Shown in pieces: positions 58,634 through 64,000 of a DNA stretch of 64,000 bases (its first letter is position 1; each line of letters opens with the position of its first letter). A program made the position numbers and the translations under genes. The stretch lies in IMG/VR virus record IMGVR_UViG_3300045391_004887, positions 1-64,000 of that record; one strand, written 5' to 3'. The notes beneath the pieces are model-generated. The model had not been told where the DNA came from. It saw only the letters and a program-made list of their open reading frames with translations, and made no database searches. Source of the DNA: a virus.

Positions 58634-59206
58634 ATGAACGACACAGCCAGCATCGTCCCAAACGCTCGAGCCGCCTCCATCCCGCGGATCATCAACGGGC
58701 TCGCGCGCTACATGCGCCTCAAGCTCGAAGAGAACGCGCTGAAGCCGCCCTGGCGGATGGAGAGCGACAACGCGCTGATCGGCCAGTTCCGCGACGAATG
58801 CCGCGAGCTCGTCGAAGCGGTGATCTACAAACACGGCGCGGAGGCCATCGCGCGCGAAGCCGCCGACGTCGCGAACCTCGCAGCGATGCTCGCCGACAAC
58901 GCAGGCGCGTTCACCGACGAGCCGAAGCCGGAGCCCATCTCCGAGGTGCAGCCCAAGCCGCCGGTCTCGGAGAGCGAGGAAGTCGCGAGACTCCGCGCCG
59001 AGCTCGCCGAGGTGACCGCTGACCGCGATCGGTGGGTCGCGCGGATGAAGCTGCTCGAGCGTTTCATCGATCGCGCGGTGCTCGTGCTCACCGGGCGTGC
59101 GCCAGTCGATGATACGAGGGCCCGGCTCGAAGAGTTGGTCGCTCTCGTCGCTGCTGCGAAGAACGGCGAAGCGCTCGCTCTGATCAGCAAGTGGGGGTCA
59201 CCGTGA
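58634..59206 (+). CDS. MazG-like NTP pyrophosphohydrolase domain plus coiled-coil tail (190 aa)
   Basis: Internal ATG 58634. …KLEENALKPPW…LIGQFRDECRELVEAV…EAIAREAADVANLAAMLAD… (EExxE … ExxD pattern). Confidence 0.55.
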   Translation: MNDTASIVPNARAASIPRIINGLARYMRLKLEENALKPPWRMESDNALIGQFRDECRELVEAVIYKHGAEAIAREAADVANLAAMLADNAGAFTDEPKPEPISEVQPKPPVSESEEVARLRAELAEVTADRDRWVARMKLLERFIDRAVLVLTGRAPVDDTRARLEELVALVAAAKNGEALALISKWGSP

Positions 59207-61284
59207 TGCTGGGTGGGAGGTCACACCCGCGCGCTCCGGTGGACCAGGAGATCACCGGCGCAACCGCTCGCGCCGGCGACCAGCACGGTCTCTTCGGCTG
59301 GGAGCTCGAGGCCGGGTCCTGGTACTTCCGCCGCGCGAACGGCACGCGCGCTGCGGTCACGAGGGAAACGGACGGCACGTACACGGGGTTCAAAGGATAC
59401 CCCACGTACGATATCCGCGGCGGTCTCACCTTGCGCGAAGCGATGCTCTGGGCTGTGCCCGAAAGCATCCACCCCGTCGCAGCTGCGCAGGCGCAGGGGA
59501 AGCCGATCGATCTCGCGCCCGGCAACTGCTGGGACATCTCGCCCAAGGGCGCGGCCGCGGTCAACGGCGAGCAGGTGGCAGCGGAAGTGCTGCAGGAGAT
59601 GGCGACGCCGGCAGGCGAGTGCACGCGCCACGGCTGCGAGAAGAGCGCGTGCGAGGAGGTGGCGGCAGCGCAGGCGCGGACCGCCGCGGCTGAACAGCGA
59701 GTTGCCGACCTGGTCGCCCAAATCGAGCGCGCCGGTTGCGCCGCTGCTCACGCTGGCGAGACCACGTACGAGTGCAACGTCAGCAAGCCGTGCGGCCTGT
59801 GTCGGCTGCGCGCTCGCGCTGAAGCCGCCGAGCGCGACCTCGCGCGCGCGACCCGCCGGGCCGACGAGCACACGCGCAAGCTGGCGACGGCGCGACAGGG
59901 CGAACGGCTGATGGCCATGCGGCTCGGCATCGACCCCGACACGGTCAGCTCGTACGTGCAGCTCGATCTCGCGATAAGCGACTTGTGCAAGAGGGCGGAG
60001 ACGGCGGAGCGGGAGCGGGACGAGCAGACCGCGAAGTGCGTGCGGTACGCGACGCGGCTGCACTTCGCGAGGACAGACCTGGCTGATTTGGCCGGAGCGA
60101 TCCTAGCGCCAGAACAGCAGCGCTTAGGCGTGACCGAGCGCGTGTTCGCTGCGCTCGACCGCCAAGCGCGCGAGGCTGGCGCGCGGAAGGAGGAGAGCGT
60201 GGACGACAATAGCGTTGCCCGGAAAAACATCGAGACGCGCGAAGAATGGAGCACGCGCTGCAGCGCTGGCGTCGGCTACCACGTGTGCGGGCATGCCGCG
60301 CCGGGGGCGGACGCGCGTTGCCAGCGCGAATGCTTTCATCTGGGACCGCACGCAGGCGGCGGCAGCTGGTGGGGCGTGTCGGAGTGCGCGCCCGACGCGA
60401 GAGACGCGGCTGCGAAAACACAACAAGCGCTCATCGAGTGCGAAGCCGCGTTGGCGGAAGAGAAGGGCCTCCGAGCAGAGGCCGAAGAAGCTCTGGCCCG
60501 TGCGACCACGGCTGCATCCCCAGGGTCGCCGCGCGCGGGTTTTAAACCACCGGCCCCGGGTGGGGAGGAACAGGGGCCCCGCAAGGGCGACGCGAGCGAG
60601 CCCGCGGGTGAGGCGCCGCTGACGGCTGAGACGGTGGTCGAACAAGTGCGTCGTAGTCCGTGGCACGTGAAGCATCTCGACGCGATCGCGCTGGTCGAGC
60701 GGTACGCCCGCGAGCAAGTCGCCACTGCCCTCAGCTTCGACGGCGCCGATGCGACGCGCGCGAACATGCGCGAGCATGCGGACAAGATCGAGCGGGCGTT
60801 CGCCGCGGCCAGCCAGCGGGCAGATACTGCCGAAAGTAAGCTCGCGACCGCGAACGCGGAGATCGAGAAGCTGAAGGCGGAGCGCGACGACGCGAGGCGG
60901 CTGTTCAGGTCGGCAGAGTCGCAGCGCAAGAAGGACAAGGCCGCATCTCCCGACGCGCGGTTGCGAGAGGCGGCGAGGGATTTGCGGTCGACGTGGTACC
61001 GCGTGCTCAACGAAGGAACCGTGCACGGGGCCGACAGCACGGGGTTCCGCGATCACAACTTCGCCGCGCTACGCGATGCGGTGAACGCCGTTTGCGAAGC
61101 TATCACCACCGCCCCCGCGCCCACGCCGGCTGAGGGCGGGGAGGTCGGGCGCGAGCGCGGGCTCTACGCGACGCTGAAGGCCGTGCGCGACGTGCACGAA
61201 GCGATCATCGGCGTCGAGCACATGCTTATCGAAGCCGGCGCCCTCCGCGACACCAGCGCCGTCACGCGGGAGCCGCGGTCGTGA
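59206..61284 (+). CDS. Large Cys-rich coiled-coil protein of unknown function (692 aa)
   Basis: ATG shares 1 nt with the upstream TGA. Several Cys clusters (CTRHGCEKSAC; CNVSKPCGLC; CSAGVGYHVCGH…CQRECFH) are separated by long E/A/R helices. Confidence 0.65.
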   Translation: MLGGRSHPRAPVDQEITGATARAGDQHGLFGWELEAGSWYFRRANGTRAAVTRETDGTYTGFKGYPTYDIRGGLTLREAMLWAVPESIHPVAAAQAQGKPIDLAPGNCWDISPKGAAAVNGEQVAAEVLQEMATPAGECTRHGCEKSACEEVAAAQARTAAAEQRVADLVAQIERAGCAAAHAGETTYECNVSKPCGLCRLRARAEAAERDLARATRRADEHTRKLATARQGERLMAMRLGIDPDTVSSYVQLDLAISDLCKRAETAERERDEQTAKCVRYATRLHFARTDLADLAGAILAPEQQRLGVTERVFAALDRQAREAGARKEESVDDNSVARKNIETREEWSTRCSAGVGYHVCGHAAPGADARCQRECFHLGPHAGGGSWWGVSECAPDARDAAAKTQQALIECEAALAEEKGLRAEAEEALARATTAASPGSPRAGFKPPAPGGEEQGPRKGDASEPAGEAPLTAETVVEQVRRSPWHVKHLDAIALVERYAREQVATALSFDGADATRANMREHADKIERAFAAASQRADTAESKLATANAEIEKLKAERDDARRLFRSAESQRKKDKAASPDARLREAARDLRSTWYRVLNEGTVHGADSTGFRDHNFAALRDAVNAVCEAITTAPAPTPAEGGEVGRERGLYATLKAVRDVHEAIIGVEHMLIEAGALRDTSAVTREPRS

Positions 61285-61469
61285 GCGGGCGGCGGAAGCC
61301 ATACAAGTCGTCGCGCGGGAACGGCTGCGACTGGGTCCACGGGCCGACCATCGTGGGTCAGTTCGCGAATGCAGCCGTGGTCGCGGAGTATCTCAACGAC
61401 GCGTACGCCGCCGGTGTCGCGTCCGAACGCGCCCGCGTGCGGGCGAAGGCGAAGAAGGCGGGGCGCTGA
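61281..61469 (+). CDS. Small hypothetical protein (62 aa)
   Basis: GTGA overlap. Confidence 0.45.
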   Translation: MSGRRKPYKSSRGNGCDWVHGPTIVGQFANAAVVAEYLNDAYAAGVASERARVRAKAKKAGR

Positions 61470-61720
61470 TGGCCGACGCCGCCCAACTTCTGGTCCTAGC
61501 GCACGCGTGCGAGTCGTCGATGACGACCTCACGCGCGATCGCGAAGCTCGCGCACAAGAAGTGCGTGGAGGAAGCACGCCGCGGCGACGTCGTGCTGATG
61601 GACGCGCTCCGCGAGATCGCAACCGCCGCGGAGCACTGCGAAGCGGTCTGGACGAACGTGCACAACAAGCTGGTGCTGATCGCGAAGGAACAGGGGGTAA
61701 GCGGATGGGGCGAACGATGA
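61469..61720 (+). CDS. Small hypothetical protein (83 aa)
   Basis: TGATG coupling. Helical and Cys-containing. Confidence 0.5.
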   Translation: MADAAQLLVLAHACESSMTTSRAIAKLAHKKCVEEARRGDVVLMDALREIATAAEHCEAVWTNVHNKLVLIAKEQGVSGWGER

Positions 61721-62592
61721 AGCGTGTGCCGATGGACTTCGACTGGCCGATTGGCAAGGTGTGGGGCGGATACCTCAACCCCTACAGCCATCAGGCGATC
61801 GACTGTCCCACATGCGGCGGTAGCGGTCGTTCGGCGGATGCCAACCGGTTCCACGACGAGTGGTATGGGAAGGTGCCGTTCGATCCGGTCGCGTACGGCG
61901 CGAAGCCGCTGACGGTCGATCATCCCGAGATCAAGGCGTTCGCAACGCGGAACGTCGAGCGCTCTCCCGACTTCTATGGCTCCGGCGATGCGGCCGTGCT
62001 CCGCGAGCAACGCCGGCTGTTCGCGCACTGGCGGGGGCAGTGGTGCCATCACCTCATCCAAGCGGATGTTGACGCGCTCGTAGAAGCCGGCCGACTCAAA
62101 GACTTCACGCACCGTCCGCTCACGCCGGAGCAGGCGGAAGCGCTGCGCGCCACCGGCAACTACTGGATGGCGGAGCCGAACGGCTATCGACCGACCGCCG
62201 ATGAAGTCAACACGTGGTCGCTGCACGGCCTGGCACACGACGCTATCAACGCACACGTCTGCATCGAGGCTCGCTGCAAGCGCGATGGTGTGCCGGACAC
62301 GTGCACGCGTTGCGCGGGCGAGGGAACGCTGTGGCCGACGCCCGAGATCAAGCAGCTCGAGGAGGATTGGAAGGAAGTGCAGCCGCCGACCGGCGAAGGC
62401 TTCCAGCTGTGGGAGACGACATCGGAGGGTTCGCCCACGTCGCCGGTGTTCGCGACGATCGAGCAGCTGTGCGAGTGGTGCGCCGACAACGCGACCACGT
62501 TCGCCAGCTTCAAAGCGAGCGCGGAGGAGTGGCGTCGCATGCTCGACGCCGATTTCGTGGTGGTCAAGCAGGGAAACATGGTGTTCCTGTGA
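61717..62592 (+). CDS. Hypothetical protein (291 aa)
   Basis: Start trimmed to ATG 61717 (ATGA overlap): MKRVPMDFDWPIGKVWGGYLNPYSHQAIDCPTCGGSGRS… The upstream part of track ORF 61369..62592 is Arg-rich junk. Confidence 0.65.
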   Translation: MKRVPMDFDWPIGKVWGGYLNPYSHQAIDCPTCGGSGRSADANRFHDEWYGKVPFDPVAYGAKPLTVDHPEIKAFATRNVERSPDFYGSGDAAVLREQRRLFAHWRGQWCHHLIQADVDALVEAGRLKDFTHRPLTPEQAEALRATGNYWMAEPNGYRPTADEVNTWSLHGLAHDAINAHVCIEARCKRDGVPDTCTRCAGEGTLWPTPEIKQLEEDWKEVQPPTGEGFQLWETTSEGSPTSPVFATIEQLCEWCADNATTFASFKASAEEWRRMLDADFVVVKQGNMVFL

Positions 62593-62927
62593 ACGATCTG
62601 CTCTCGAAGGGCGGCCGGCGCTTCGCGATCGGCGCCGACCACTGGCCCGGCATCTCCAAGCTGATGGAGGAAGCCGGCGAGGTCATCCAGGTCTGCGGCA
62701 AGCTGCTCGGCACCTACGGCTCAACCGCGCACTGGGACGGCACCGACCTGAAGGTGCGGCTCGAGGAAGAGCTCGGGGACCTGCTCGCTGCGATCGACTT
62801 CGTACAGCTGAAGTGCGAGCTCGACATCGTGCGCATCGATCGGCAGCGCGTGCGCAAGCGCGAGCGGTTCCGGCAGTGGCACGAAGCGGGCGATCCGTTG
62901 CCCGGTGAAGGGGGCAGCCGTGGGTGA
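62589..62927 (+). CDS. Small MazG-like NTP pyrophosphohydrolase (112 aa)
   Basis: GTGA overlap. …ISKLMEEAGEVIQVCGKL…RLEEELGDLLAAIDFV…. Confidence 0.6.
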   Translation: MNDLLSKGGRRFAIGADHWPGISKLMEEAGEVIQVCGKLLGTYGSTAHWDGTDLKVRLEEELGDLLAAIDFVQLKCELDIVRIDRQRVRKRERFRQWHEAGDPLPGEGGSRG

Positions 62928-63996
62928 GACCGCCATCGAATGGACCGACACGGTCTGGAACCCGGTACGTGGTTGCGCGCGCGTCTCGCCCGGCTGCGAG
63001 TCTTGCTACGCCGAACGCCAGGCGCATCGCTTCTCGAACCCGGGCGGTCCGTACGAGGGGCTGACGGTGCTCGGCAAGCACGGACCGCGCTGGTCCGGCC
63101 GCGCGCGGTTCGTTCCCGAGACGCTCGACGCGCCGCTGCGATGGCGGAAGCCGCGCCGCATCTTCGTCAACAGCATGTCGGACCTGTTTCACCACGACAT
63201 CACCAACGAGCAGATCGCCGCGGTGTTCGGTGTGATGGCTGCGTGCCCGCAGCACACGTTCCAGGTGTTGACCAAGCGCGCGGAGCGCCTGCCGGAGTGG
63301 TTCCGGTGGGTCGACGAAGTCCCGAACGCCGGCGCCGATCCAGAGAAGCCGGCTTGGCGATGGCTGCGATGCGTGCACCAGGCGCAAGAACTCGGCGCGC
63401 GGCCCAAGCGGCTGTCCGGCCACATGCACTGGCCGCTGAACAACGTCTGGCTCGGAGTCAGCGCCGAGAACCAGGAGTGGTTCGACAAGCGCGTGCCGTA
63501 CCTGCTGCGCACGCCGGCGGCGGTTCGCTTCGTAAGCGCCGAGCCGTTGCTCGGTCCGATCGACATGCGCTGGAAGTCGCTCGGCCAGGGGAGCGACTGC
63601 CCGGAACACGGACGCATGGTTCGCGTCGACGAGGACGGTTGCTGCGTCACCTGCGGGCGCGATGCGACGTGGTACGGGCTCGACTGGATCATCGCTGGTG
63701 GTGAATCGGGCCCGGGAGCGCGGTACTGCAACGTCGCCTGGATCCGCGCCATCGCTCAGCAGTGCGAGGCTGCCAAGGTCCCCGTGTTCGTCAAGCAGCT
63801 CGGCGCGCGGGTGATCGAGAACCGCGGTCGCTTCGAGGAGCACGTCGGCGGAAGCACCCGCCCCTATGTCGACGGTGCGCGCATTACCGAAGACGGGACG
63901 GTGGAGCGCATGTGGTGGCCGACCGACCGCAAGGGCGGCGATCCCAGCGAATGGCCTGAAGAACTGCGCGTGCGGCAGTTCCCGAGGGGCGCATGA
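62920..63996 (+). CDS. Phage Gp37/Gp68 (DUF5131)-family protein (358 aa)
   Basis: (V)GETAIEWTDTVWNPVRGCARVSPGCESCYAE… is the characteristic N-terminus of that family. An ATGA at 63993 starts a further gene that leaves the window. Confidence 0.75.
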   Translation: MGETAIEWTDTVWNPVRGCARVSPGCESCYAERQAHRFSNPGGPYEGLTVLGKHGPRWSGRARFVPETLDAPLRWRKPRRIFVNSMSDLFHHDITNEQIAAVFGVMAACPQHTFQVLTKRAERLPEWFRWVDEVPNAGADPEKPAWRWLRCVHQAQELGARPKRLSGHMHWPLNNVWLGVSAENQEWFDKRVPYLLRTPAAVRFVSAEPLLGPIDMRWKSLGQGSDCPEHGRMVRVDEDGCCVTCGRDATWYGLDWIIAGGESGPGARYCNVAWIRAIAQQCEAAKVPVFVKQLGARVIENRGRFEEHVGGSTRPYVDGARITEDGTVERMWWPTDRKGGDPSEWPEELRVRQFPRGA

Positions 63997-64000
63997 AGCC

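Larger units (their letters stand above)
1..64000. mobile_element. Segment of a GC-rich tailed-phage / prophage genome (contractile tail, Mu-type head module, lambdoid-style divergent immunity switch); neither end of the element lies inside the window
   Basis: Uninterrupted run of recognisable phage genes: terminase, portal, MuF, protease-scaffold, capsid, sheath, tube, tape measure, baseplate J, fibres, endolysin, Cro/CI-like pair, RecT/YqaJ. No housekeeping genes, integrase or att site seen. Confidence 0.9.

Noticed and set aside
1-64000. Integrase, excisionase, MuA/MuB transposase, rRNA, CRISPR arrays, toxin-antitoxin pairs of known families
   Set aside because: None recognisable by motif inspection in any listed ORF. 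Their absence from this window does not exclude them elsewhere in the element.

Overview
The whole 64-kb window reads as one visibly GC-rich tailed-phage or prophage genome segment. There is no host flank, integrase, transposase, rRNA or CRISPR array. Positions 1-50288 form a single minus-strand gene train. In transcription order it runs: Cro-like regulator, GIY-YIG and small Cys-rich or membrane proteins, tRNA-Tyr-like gene, two-domain beta-clamp homologue, replication initiator, DnaC-like loader, RusA-like resolvase, second tRNA-Tyr-like gene, orphan DNA methyltransferase, a block of DNA-binding regulators, small and large terminase, Mu-type portal, MuF fused to an HExxH domain, tRNA-Met, S49 protease-scaffold, HK97-like capsid, neck, sheath, tube, chaperone, tape measure, baseplate, fibres, a 3-gene cargo cassette, a lysis cassette and a second fibre set. 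Most junctions in this train are 1-8 nt overlaps of the ATGA/GTGA/TTGA type. The only interruption is a two-gene plus-strand insert at 13.7-15.2 kb, encoding a lipoprotein and a membrane protein. Positions 50381-64000 form a plus-strand train: CI-like repressor, a stand-alone paralogue of its C-terminal domain, then YqaJ exonuclease, RecT, HNH, a Rad50/SMC-like ATPase, two MazG-like proteins and a Gp37/Gp68-like protein. The most interesting items are listed here. (1) Three phage-borne tRNAs: two covarying tRNA-Tyr(GTA) paralogues that bracket the replication module, and an initiator-like tRNA-Met that abuts a stop codon. (2) A MuF head protein fused to an HExxH domain, followed by a small downstream ORF. 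(3) A 3-gene cargo cassette lying between a spacer and a terminator, and an antisense lipoprotein moron. (4) A two-domain beta-clamp homologue next to an iteron-like origin inside the replication gene. (5) A CTD-only paralogue of the repressor. All functional calls come from reading motifs by eye. No searches or folding programs were run.
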